This document shows, one piece after another, positions 1 to 10,678 of a stretch of DNA of 64,000 bases. The notes below the pieces were generated by a model that saw only the letters and a list, made by a program, of their open reading frames with translations, had not been told where the DNA came from and did not search any database. The DNA lies in NCBI GenBank assembly GCA_904063045.1, contig CAJFCJ010000013.1:1470156-1534155 (forward strand), written 5' to 3'. A program made the translations under genes and the position numbers. This DNA is from Dimorphilus gyrociliatus. Lineage: Eukaryota; Animalia; Annelida. The stretch's first letter is position 1; each line of letters starts with the position of its first letter.

Positions 1-271
1 ACATAGAGGGATTGGCGCTTGAAAGGGAAGGATAGAGGGAGAGAGGAAGTAAGGGAAGGAAAGAGGAGGAATAGTGAGAGACAAGTGAAAGAGTGAATGA
101 CAAACAGAGAGAGAGAGAGAGAGAGAGTGAAAAACGGATTTACGAATAGCAGCCTTCCCTCCCTAATAGATGACTATTGCACGTGTTACCATACAATTAT
201 CCTCTACATCCCATCGTGAACTTTGCGGATAAAGGAATTCTCTAGAGTATCCCGTAGAAGACATGAAAAGA

Positions 272-1318
272 CTAACTTGTACTCCTTCGCACTAGCCTAA
301 CCGACTCTTGATCATTTCCAGTTATTGGTGCTGTTAAAACAGTTCGACTTGCAGCGTAAATTATTGGATTAAAAACAGCATATAGTGAACTAAGAATATC
401 TATAAGACTGAGGGCTAAGATTGGGTTTGATGTCACTTGTCCACCAAGACAAATATAAAGGAATGTACAAAAAAAAGGCCCATTACAGATAGCGAATAAT
501 ATAGCCAAAGAGACCATAAATTTAGCTATAACTCTACGAGAATTAGTTGTCCTTCTAACGGCTGAATCGTCGCTATCAGTTTCTATCCTTTTATAAAGAG
601 TTGCAAAAATGAGAGAATAATTGACAGTAATCAATAGAAGAGGCAGTACATAATAAAGGACAAATATTAAGATAAAATATCCTCTTCCTCCCGAAGTTAT
701 TAAGTTGCCATTGACGATGTGATTACAGAAATTTAAAACAACTCCATCAATACTCATCTCCTCCGTATATGTAAAATATAAAGGTAGCGGTAAAGGTGCC
801 AATAGACTAAAGAACCATATTATCAATAAGACTTTTATTGTTTTTCCAGAGCTCAGCCACCTCTTCGCTTTAAAAGGAAACCGTATTAGCAACAATCTTT
901 CGATACTTATAGCCGTTATTGTATGAAAGGCACAACAAGCAAATATAGTGGAGCAATATCCAGTTATCCTGCAGAAAATGCTCCGATGTTCCTTAGACAG
1001 TCGAAATTCACTTTCAAATGGCAGTATTAGGTCAGTTAATCTAAGCGGCTGGTAGATAGAAGAATTTAAGAATTCGCAGACGGCCAGATTCAGGACGAGA
1101 TAAGCCGTAACGTTCGATCTTAATTTAGTGCCTTTTAATAAAATTATTATAACGAGACAATTACCAAGCGACGCCAATAGTATAATAGCAATTTGAAGAG
1201 CAATGATTGTATAACGTACAACGGATAATCTTATTAAATCCTCAATTTTCGTAATATTCTTCATAATCATCTTATCCGTGCGAAACAGAAATGAAGTTTG
1301 TTCAGAAAACAGCTGCAT
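272..1318 (-). CDS. Intronless rhodopsin-class (class A) GPCR, orphan
   Basis: 348-aa ORF with seven hydrophobic segments and class A motifs: GN in TM1, LNLAVCE in TM2, ISIERLLLI at the DRY position, CNGPF in TM6, NPIIY in TM7. The true start may be the downstream Met in MIMKNIT. Confidence 0.92.
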   Translation of the reverse strand: MQLFSEQTSFLFRTDKMIMKNITKIEDLIRLSVVRYTIIALQIAIILLASLGNCLVIIILLKGTKLRSNVTAYLVLNLAVCEFLNSSIYQPLRLTDLILPFESEFRLSKEHRSIFCRITGYCSTIFACCAFHTITAISIERLLLIRFPFKAKRWLSSGKTIKVLLIIWFFSLLAPLPLPLYFTYTEEMSIDGVVLNFCNHIVNGNLITSGGRGYFILIFVLYYVLPLLLITVNYSLIFATLYKRIETDSDDSAVRRTTNSRRVIAKFMVSLAILFAICNGPFFCTFLYICLGGQVTSNPILALSLIDILSSLYAVFNPIIYAASRTVLTAPITGNDQESVRLVRRSTS

Positions 1319-2423
1319 AGCGCCGACTGCAATGGCTCTTCAAATGTAGTTTGTCAACTTTGGCATTATGCATTTAAATATTTACGAACACTATTCTGAA
1401 TTTCATGAGAATGACTTTAAAAAGTCCAATCTATCAAAAAACCTGCCCCACTTGTACTCTATATTGGTTGTACAATCAACGATTTATGATTTTCTCTTAA
1501 CCAAAAAATAAATTGTACAGAGAGAGAGCGAGAGAGGGCGATAGCAAAGAGAGCGCGGGTGAGAAAGTGATTCGAACATCAGAACCACCTAGATTAGGCC
1601 TAAAGTCAATTTTTGTCGATAAACATTAGCAAAGCGTACCTCTTCATTCTTGGCATATCTCTCTCCCTTGACCTATGAAATTATATTACAATTGACTTTC
1701 ATTATATTTAGGATTAATACTAAGTCTCCTTTTCTATTTCTTTTTTCTGTAGTTAATAATTAATCTTTCGTTATTCAAAATAATTAGGTAATTTTAAGAG
1801 CGCTGTTTCAGTCATACAAAATTCGCCTTTGAGATATATCGAGTCACGCAGTTCGTGATTTATTCTTCTATAAGAACAGAGGGGAATTACTAGGGCAATA
1901 AAACTGGTAGATTTTTCTTTTGATGAAAGATTCGAAATAAGTTAATTTTTCTCCTCTCTTCTCTTTTTCCATTTCTTCCACTTGTACAATTTTCTCATGC
2001 AAAAAGGAAATGCGTAAATAAATAAAAAAAATTGTTACAAGTAAATTATTCCGTTGCCAAGGTAGGCATATATTTTTAGAACGAGTTACTTATCTAGATG
2101 AACTGATCGTAACGGTTATAGGAGAAAGTGTAAAATCAGTGATTTATGTTCGTAGTAAAAATTGTAATTCGTTCCAGTTCAACACTGACGTAATTTACTT
2201 ATTAAATATTCAAGCAGTCTTTCATCTATTCCCATCAGTACTTAAAACCTTAAATTCAATTATCTCCTCTCAGTTTTTTCCTTCAATCTCACTTTTTTCA
2301 ATTTTCCTTTATTTCATATGAATTCTGGGTTTATATATAGTCTTACAATAACGACATCTATTATTTTTTATAAAATATGAACAAAATAAAGGATAAAATC
2401 GGAATCTAAATAGTATTTTTTTT

Positions 2424-4428
2424 TCATAATCTTTTCGATCGTTTTCGAAAGGGCATAAGAAAACAATCAAGGGTTTGGTTCTCTGTGAAATTTAATGTAG
2501 AGAAAATTGTTTCTTTTGTAGGTGAAATAGTCGGACTTTGACGCTGCTCCAATTTAATTTGTTTCATCAATGCTAGTCCTCTCAGAGGGGTCCTCGTACT
2601 GCTTGGCTTTCTTAGGGTCATCCTACTCTCTTCCAATGAACTGCAGGGAAAAATAAAGATAAATTGCTTTATAAGAATATCTTTTACAGACTAAATCATT
2701 AACGATTTATGATATTAAATTACTCGAAGATAAAACAAGTTTTATTGATTTCAGTCAAGCGCACATGGAAAAATTCATATTCCATTCGTATAAAACTATT
2801 GATTTATTTCGACTTGTTTATCCTAAAAGAAAATTAACTACTAACTTAATCGTTTCATGTAGAGCTTTGATCCAAGACTCAACTGTTTTATGATCAGAGT
2901 ACAGTAATAATCTTTCATCTTGACAGGAAATCTAATTGAAAAGAAATAGATAGAAAATGTTTACATAACCAACACAAATTTCAAATCATTCACTAAAGCT
3001 CAATTTACAAACCGCGAATAGCGTAGCTTGAGACTGACTATGACCGAGTAATCTCTCCACTTTACAATGCCTCAGAGGCAATATACAACTACATCTGTAG
3101 TGTGAAAAGAAATAAATGAAAACTTTAGATAAGAGCAAAACTTAGTTGATAGAAAGTAAATTGGCTACCGGAATGGCTTATGAGAAGAAAAGCTCGGCTT
3201 ACAATAGATGAGGATATCGGAAAATAGAAATAACTTTCTGTCATGTGCTTTACCACCTTTGCGTGATACTTTTTTCAAATCACCCTCTTTCAAAAAAATT
3301 CGTCCAGGTTGAACCAATTGAGGGACAGATGTTCCACACAAACTTTTTTGTATAGCAATCATTTTTTGAGCATTATCTTGCTGCTTTATATGATTGTTTA
3401 TATGGTCTGCTACTTTACTCATTTCTGCAACAGCCTCTATAGTTTTTTATAAAAAAAAAAAAAAAGACAAGTAAAGCTAAATTTCAAACAACAGTGTTTT
3501 CCTTCTTTTTACACGTAAACAAATTCTTACATACTTTTTATATTTTCGTAATCAGGATTATCATTTTCAGTTTGCTTAAGTAACTCTGTTAACAACAGCT
3601 TATACCTGAAATACATTATTCCAGATTTGAATAAAGAGAAAAAAGAACAGAACAAGTTAAGTACAAACCTAGGCACTCTTTGGACTGGTGTTATTAAAAG
3701 AGCGTTTAATTTAAGACCATTCATTTCAGGCAATCCTTCCTGCGTTCTTCTAAACGCAGACAAATCTGGACATTTTTGTTCCCAGTTCTATGCAAGTAAA
3801 AGTTAAATGACATTACTTTAGCTGTGCCTATCTAATAAACACTATTTCTGAATACTTACGAGAAGAGTGGCAAGAGCGTATTCGTGATTATTAGCATAGA
3901 GCGAATAAAACTTAAAAAATTGGCTGACTCTCAAAAAAGCCTCTCCCATACTATGTTGACTTAAGAGTTCCATTAATTCTTTATTTAATGAAATAATCTA
4001 AAAATTATTTAGTGAATAGATTAGATAGAATTATTAAAATTCCATTTTTAGAACTTACTTGATCAATGTTCTGAAAAATTTCAGAAATAACATATTCTGG
4101 AACTAGTTTCAACTTTTTCAAAGGAGATTGAAAGTTCTAAGTCATCATTTGATAAAAATATATTAATATTTTACATTGAAAACCAGTTTAGTTACCTTAA
4201 CAATCAATTTTAAATGAAACAAGTAGGTTTCTTCCGTGTCAAAAACCTCCTTGATAACTTTTTGTCTCTTATTTAAAGTGGGCTTTATTGCAGATCTCGG
4301 AAGCCTATTGCAGCTATACTCTTCAACTTCTAAAAAATGCATAAAGAATAAAATTTTTTGCTGGGACAAAAAACTAATGATTGTCTGTTCAACAGTCAGT
4401 ATTTTGAACTACCTAAAACGTCGTCCAT
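2424..4428 (-). CDS. ARHGEF39: DH-PH RhoGEF, ARHGEF39-like, multi-exon
   Basis: GT-AG exons join in frame: MDDVL/EVEEY...KRQKVIKEVFDTEETYL (DH start), LYANNHEYAL, QEGLPEMNGLKLNALLITPVQRVPRYKLLL, PH domain GRIFLKEGDL...LFLFSDILIYCK...ISCQDERLLLYSDHKTVESWIKAL. The small DH-PH-only layout resembles ARHGEF39 from memory. Start codon tentative. Confidence 0.8.
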
Positions 4429-4924
4429 ATTAAGGTAATATGCCTTCTTTGACTTTGTCTATTGGTCATAAGAAAAAAATACATTAGCCCAACAATTATA
4501 CATTAAACATAAATTATAGAAAGCTTTTTGTATTACCTATAAATTGATTTTGAATCAAAATATCTGTTCAAACTAAACGCGACCAGCCATCTTTGATTAT
4601 AAGCCAATCAGCTGCTTAGTCATTGTTGTGTGCTTCCACCTATAGGATATTTATTCAAAGAAACGCCCCCTGTCAAACGAGTTCGAAACGACTGACTTTC
4701 CTAATTGAAAGAAAGTATATTACTAGATTAATTAAATTAATTGAGAGTTTTTATTCAAAATATTAAATAAAGAATTTAATTTGTAATTTGTTTTTTTTTT
4801 CTCCTTTTACTTGAAATCTATCTCTTTTTAATTAAAGAGACAATTAAATTCTTTTTATTTCTAATTAGCTTGTCAAAAAACATTTAAAGAAAAGACTATA
4901 CATTAAGTTTCTCTTTTGTATCAG

Positions 4925-5830
4925 ATGACATATTTAAAAGAATAGAAAGAAAAGAACGATACAGTATGATATATGTCTCCATCTAGGTAACAATTTACAT
5001 AGTTCGATTTTATATTCAGATCAATACCATAGTTATTATTTACAAATAAATCAAAGGGAAAAAAGCAACTATAATCAATTTGAGTTATAGATGGATATTC
5101 ATTATATAAAAAATTGTAATTTAGAGCAAATAATTGCCAATAATAACATAAATTATAGGGCAAACTCAGCATCGGTCGGAATACTTTTTATTAGCTTTAA
5201 ATTAGAATTAATGAATCAATTCGATCGAAAAGGAAATTCATGGGATATATGGAACATTTAAAGTTACCAATCCAATAATCTAAATAAAACAAAATATTTC
5301 TTTCTTATCAACTTCGAGCTACGTTCAAAGACCTGTATATATCTTCGATAGTAAAGAAAACATTAAAAATAAACAGACTGAAGTAGTATCATAGTATCGT
5401 ATCAGTTAATTTTCTAATATATATAAGGTTTAGCCTGGCATTATTTGAAAAGAATATGTTTAGGCTTAGTAATAACAACATAAACAGATCCCTTAAAGCT
5501 TTAAAGCCGCTGTAAATTGTGTACAAAAAGTATTGTTCGAAAGCAGGATATATTCCATCAACTGTTTCAGTTCTTTCTGGTAAGTACCGAAAATTTTCAA
5601 TCTATATTAACTTCATTTATTAGCCATAACTAAACCATTAGCATTTTTAATACTAGAAGATTAAGTAATTAAAGAGAATGGTCAGGGATCAAGGATACCG
5701 TTTTTATAGGATTACCTTCATTAAGACTAATTATTAAAGGTCTCCAAGTGAATAAACGCTTTTATAATAAAGTAACTTATTTTAAGGAAGTATTACTACA
5801 GAATGGTTACGCAATATGGGAAAGTGTTTA
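4925..5830 (+). pseudogene. Decayed gene relic, possibly an extended Tudor domain
   Basis: Fragments MIYVS.., DQYHSYYLQINQREKSNYNQFEL*MDIHY, PLKL*SRCKLC and FKEVLLQNGYAIWESV occur in the order expected for extended Tudor motifs. In-frame stops (e.g. TAG 5088-5090) and frameshifts are present. Confidence 0.35.
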
Positions 5831-6032
5831 AGCGAATTAAGTAGGAAATAGAAAAATTACAGTCCATTTGTATCAAAGTCGCTTGGGTAATTTTACTGCA
5901 ATTATCTGTATATCACTTAATTTATGATGATAAGTGTAAATTAGTCATATATTAATAGTAAATTGTGGCACATAAAAGCCGGAATATGAGAAAGTTAGTT
6001 GCACCCCAGCCAACTTCCTCTCTCCAAATATC

Positions 6033-6091
6033 ATGGGAATATGCAACAAGGAACCCGACACCACATTATTCAAGAATAAAGATTCAACAAA
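6033..6091 (+). CDS. CRK: Candidate alternative first coding exon of CRK (MGICNKEPDTTLFKNKDST)
   Basis: ATG in strong context (A at -3, G at +4), 59 nt open, then AA|GTAAGC donor in phase 2, matching the phase-2 acceptor of CRK exon 2 at 6540. Confidence 0.5.
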
Positions 6092-6425
6092 GTAAGCCTA
6101 TTTAATGTGGATAGCGGATATCTTATCTCAATTATATTTTTCAGCTGACTTGGATTGTTTAGCTATTTATCACAACAAAAAGTAGAAGATTGTTCATACT
6201 TCCCGGTCGTGCACTTTCGAAAACGAGACCGGAAATCCTTACAAACTATTTTCTTTTTCCGTTTAATGTATCTTTATAGATACTCACTTTAATTTTTTCC
6301 TTGATTGGCGACCTTGAAAAAGTCATTATAATATATATTTCTATTGAAGAAGCTTCTGTATAAAGATTATTTTTTGAAATATTTAGTTTAAGTCAAAAAA
6401 TTGTTCAAGTTTTCGTATTGAATCA

Positions 6426-7469
6426 ATGCAAGACACATCAGTTGGTAACGACTTTGATCCACACAACAGGGATGAGTATGTATTTTTGACTAAAATAAAT
6501 TTTAAAATTGACTCTTTATATTTTTATTTGCATTCTAAGCTGGTATTTTGGTACGTATTCAAGAGAGGATGCGAATAGGCTGCTAGATAGTGAAAATGAA
6601 GCAGGAGTATTTCTGGTTAGAGATAGTAATACACTAAAGGGAGATTTAGTGCTTTGTGTGAGGTAAATTATTATATTATTGTTTAGTTCAATATCTCAGT
6701 AGTTTATTATGATTAAAGTGAAGGCGATCGCACTGCACACTACATTATTCAGAAATATAGAAAAGGGGAAAGTGGTGATTTAGTATACAGAATAGGAGAA
6801 AAAGACTTTAATGATATGCCTGAGTTATTAATATTCTATCGCTATCACTTACTGGATAAAACCTACTTGAAAAAAGTCGTTACCAGGGAAAGATATATAA
6901 CTTTATATACTTTCGCCGGTAAGGACAAGGAAGATTTACCGTTTGGAAAAGGGGAAATGCTTACCATTTTACAAAAAGATGAAGCTCAATGGTGGACGGC
7001 TAAGAATTCTAAAGGAGAAAAAGGTCAAGTTCCTGTAACTTATTTGCAAAAGGTTAGAAAAAATTGTCATAATAGTATTGGTACAAAGGCAATACGATAA
7101 TTTAACGTTTAACTTATTTACAATTTTAGCATGAGCCGAGAATTACTATTTATAATGAACTTCCTAATAAAGAAGAAAGACTAAGCAGGGTAAACGACTG
7201 TTTATTAAAATACATTTTTTATAACTCCACTGTTATTAACTTAGTTGCAGTCGAGAAAGGTTCCATTTGTTGCCAAAGCTGTAAAGCCATATTCTCCCTG
7301 TGTCTACAATCAAAACGAATTGGCCTTCGAGAAGGGTGATACTATTCAGGTTGAAAAAGTCGACAGTACGGGTACATGGTTTGGCAAAAAGCTGCCTAGC
7401 GGACCATCTGGAGAATTTCCATTCATCTTTGTTCGACCCGTAGATACGGAATCGGAAGCGAGTAATTAG
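6426..7469 (+). CDS. CRK: CRK/CRKL adaptor (SH2-SH3-SH3), 5 coding exons
   Basis: SH2 WYFGTYSREDA...GVFLVRDS; nSH3 FAGKDKEDLPFGKGE...QWWTA; cSH3 YNQNELAFEKGD...GEFPF. Exons join in frame via GT-AG introns. Confidence 0.95.
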
Positions 7470-7735
7470 CAAAAGGCATACAGAAGTAATGTTCAGTTAA
7501 TCAAGAAATGTTTAAAAAGACATAATTTATAAGACTTCTTTAACCGAAAATTTCTATACATTCGCTCACGAATCCAGTATTTATAATTATGAATAAATTA
7601 GTCTCAATGGTTATCTTTGAGTATTTGTCTCAAACTCAAAGAAAGTATATATTATCTTCTGTTTTTATAAATAAATACAATTCCTACATTTAATATAACT
7701 TCGCTTTCAAGATTCTTTTCTGAAGATTTTTAGAA

Positions 7736-7764
7736 TTCTCACGAGGTCATGGACCTCGTGAGAA
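7736..7764. repeat. 29-bp palindrome (13-bp perfect arms, 3-nt spacer)
   Basis: TTCTCACGAGGTC-ATG-GACCTCGTGAGAA, between two convergent genes. Confidence 0.9.
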
Positions 7765-7983
7765 AATCTCATAATTTCAAACTTTCAGGAGCTAACCGTC
7801 TGTTATCATACAAATTACTAGATTATTTGGTTAAATGATAAGGAATAACTTTAAGTACCAGATACTATATGGCACCTTTTCTTTGTTGAAAATTAGTAAA
7901 TATTAAAAAAAGTATCAAGATGATATAATTTTCAAGCAATCAGGCTTTATGTATTAAGTAAAACATAACCCCCTTAAAAGTGG

Positions 7984-8529
7984 CTAAGGCTTTTTCATTG
8001 AATGAAATTCGCTTCGTTCTTTCTTCACACTGTCAATAAGCTCTTTTTCAGAAATAAAAGTACCTGTAACAAATCCATCCTTCGATAATTGTTTTGGTCT
8101 TAATTGTAGGACAGGCTTATCCGCTGTTTGCTCACTGTCGACAACAACAACTGGCCCTTTACCCGAAGGAAAATTTGGAATTCCAGGTAAAAAATAGTTC
8201 AACAATTTCTGAGGAAGTACATGCTTTCGAAAGTGTGCCCATTGTTTTTTAAATTCAGTATCTCTATTAGCATAGAACGTACTGTCACCCGTATGTTTAG
8301 ATTTTTCCACAAGCACCATCAGCTGTTGGCGGTCTGTTGATAATAAGTACGCGGGAACATTTAAATTCTCGACTTTTTAAAGAATATACTCACAATAAGG
8401 TCTCATAGGTTTTTCATCTTCCATTTTAGGACACACATGGTCTTCTTCATCTGGTTGAGATGAAGAAGGCGAATCTAAAATATACTCGATCTCGTCCCCA
8501 ATGTCAATAACGGTTGGACCAGATTCCAT
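7984..8529 (-). CDS. Two-exon protein of unknown function (~160 aa)
   Basis: MESGPTVIDIGDEIEY...RPY joined through a phase-1 GTGAGT...CAG intron to YRQQLMVLVEKSKH...KKP. No family recognised. Confidence 0.7.
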
Positions 8530-8745
8530 TTTTGAGGACTGGTTTAAACGTTACCTTTGTGAGATTTGGAAGCCTAATGAAGCCTGGCGCCAAAAAGAAA
8601 GAACGTTTGGCCATTTCTTTTCGTACAAATTTTTTTATGATTATTTTAAGAATAATGTCGTTTTCGTGTAAAAATTATATTATTATGTGAAAAAAGTTAA
8701 TTTATCCAAAAAATCAACGGATGAGTTTTAAAAACTTTTTCTTTG

Positions 8746-8756
8746 ACGCATGCGCA
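8746..8756. promoter_or_regulatory. NRF1-like motif upstream of the 8529 gene
   Basis: ACGCATGCGCA, one mismatch to the GCGCATGCGC consensus, ~220 bp upstream of the ATG. Confidence 0.4.
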
Positions 8757-9358
8757 TCTAAATTTTATTGTCATTGAAGAGCTTTTGGTTCTCTGAAGAG
8801 AATTTTCAGTTTACATTGCTTGGGTTGTTAACACAACCAAAATTCTACCTATTCTAATGTTTTTATACTTATATGCTTGGAACATGGTAAGTCACCTTTA
8901 TAAATATCTATATATAAATTATATATATATATATATATTAATATTATATAAATCCCTAATGGTGTTGAAAACAATTCATTAACTTAATTATTACACTTTC
9001 TTATTAGTTTCAAGCAAAAAGTTTCAAAGTTTATTTATATATAATATATAAATAGCCATAATCTCGTTAAGGTCAACTTAATATTCAGATATTAACGAAA
9101 TATAATTGTGATTACAAAAATTCAACATGGAACCTCAAGGTTCGAACAACTTTTAGAAATCAAGTTTCTTGTGGCCATTTTTCTTGTTCGAAGACATCTT
9201 TCCTACAAGCAAAATCAATATTGACATATTAGTAGATACTCAATAAATAAAATACCTACTTTTTACGACTAGGGGACTTTTCGGAACTTTAGCTATTATG
9301 AAAACGAAAGAAATTGTTTTAACAATTAATCGCATTTTAATTATTATTGTTTCCTGTA

Positions 9359-10524
9359 TTACAACTTACGACGTCTAAATACCCCATCATATTCATCTTC
9401 TAAGAACAAATAATTTAGTAGTTATTGAAGATCTAAAATACATTACTTTTTTACCTTCTTCGTCTTCCACTTTTCTCTTACCTATTTGACAGATATAAAC
9501 ATAAATAAATTGTGATACAATGAATGATAAAACTTCTTACCAGCTCCTGATGTATCCTCACGTGGCGGAATTCCAACTACAATATAAAAACATGGCAAAT
9601 TTTAATGCTTAAATGTAGTGTAGTTTTTATTATACATACCTGGAATAATCTCATTTGCCGTCTTTTCCTTTCCTAAAATATATGCAATTTAGTTTTGTCC
9701 TTATGACGAAAATTAATTAGAATCTAACCGTTTGGGTTGTCGGTCGCAATCACAACCTCATCTAGGACGCAATATGTAAGCATTGATAGAGTATACTTTA
9801 TTGTACAGAAGGTAATATTTCAAATAGTTACTTATGGGAAATTCCCTCACAATCCTGAAGTATTCCTCGTCAGTCTCAGCTGTAGGATGATGTAAGCACA
9901 TATAAGATTTTTTTCGGGATATATTTTAAGAATATGGGAAGAGCAATTTTAAAGCGTGCTCTAAATGCTTTACCTTCTGGGCTATGAGGCGGTGTGTTAA
10001 TCGTAATCTGAAAGTTAAAAATGTCAGAATTAACATATGCTGAAAAATTATTTGAAAAGAGCGATATACAACCATATTAGGGTAAGTTTCTTCTACGTTA
10101 TAAATCTTGTTGATGCCAATAATACCTTTTTTTGACTGAAAATGATAAATTGAATCTTTACTAAGTGACCAAATTTGCTTCAACCGAGAAAACAGTTCTT
10201 TTAGGCAATGAACTCAAAGTGAAAAGTGGAGAACTTTCAATGTTAAAAAAACTGTCTACTCAACAATCTTTTAAGCGCTTTTTAGGTAGAAAAAATCACG
10301 TCAACTATTTATTTTCTACCATTTTTACAGTTACAAGCGTTATCTGTCAGCTATGAATACTTATAAAAAGCATATTTTGCAAACAAAATCCCTGAATTTA
10401 TAGTTAAAAATAAATTAAGAAAAAAAGCTGTAAATATTCAAATATAAGTAGCTTTATTGCCTACTTCCATAAAGAAGTTACTAAATTTATAACTTACTTT
10501 TGGTTTTTGGTCATTTTCTGCCAT
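9359..10524 (-). CDS. Orphan ~147-aa protein encoded by 11 small exons
   Basis: Exons 10498-10524, 10320-10350, ~10185-10255, 10073-10135, 9974-10007, 9832-9879, 9729-9761, 9640-9672, 9541-9576, 9455-9481, 9359-9399 all have GT-AG borders and join in frame: MAENDQKPK...ITINTPPHSPE...GKRKVEDEEEDEYDGVFRRRKL*. Borders of exons 3-4 are less certain. Confidence 0.7.
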
Positions 10525-10592
10525 TATTACTTGTTATTGCAGAAATACAAATGAGAGAGAAACGTCGTGAACAGTTTAGAAACAACTCACAA

Positions 10593-10616
10593 ACCGGAAG
10601 TGTCAAAGGCGGGAAA
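10593..10616. promoter_or_regulatory. ETS (ACCGGAAGTG) plus E2F (GGCGGGAAA) promoter motifs
   Basis: Exact consensus matches at 10593-10602 and 10608-10616, ~70-90 bp upstream of the micro-exon gene ATG. Confidence 0.6.
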
Positions 10617-10678
10617 GGTAGGTAGAACATTGAAATAGAACAAATTATAAGATAATGGTTTGTATTAAATTTTTGTAG

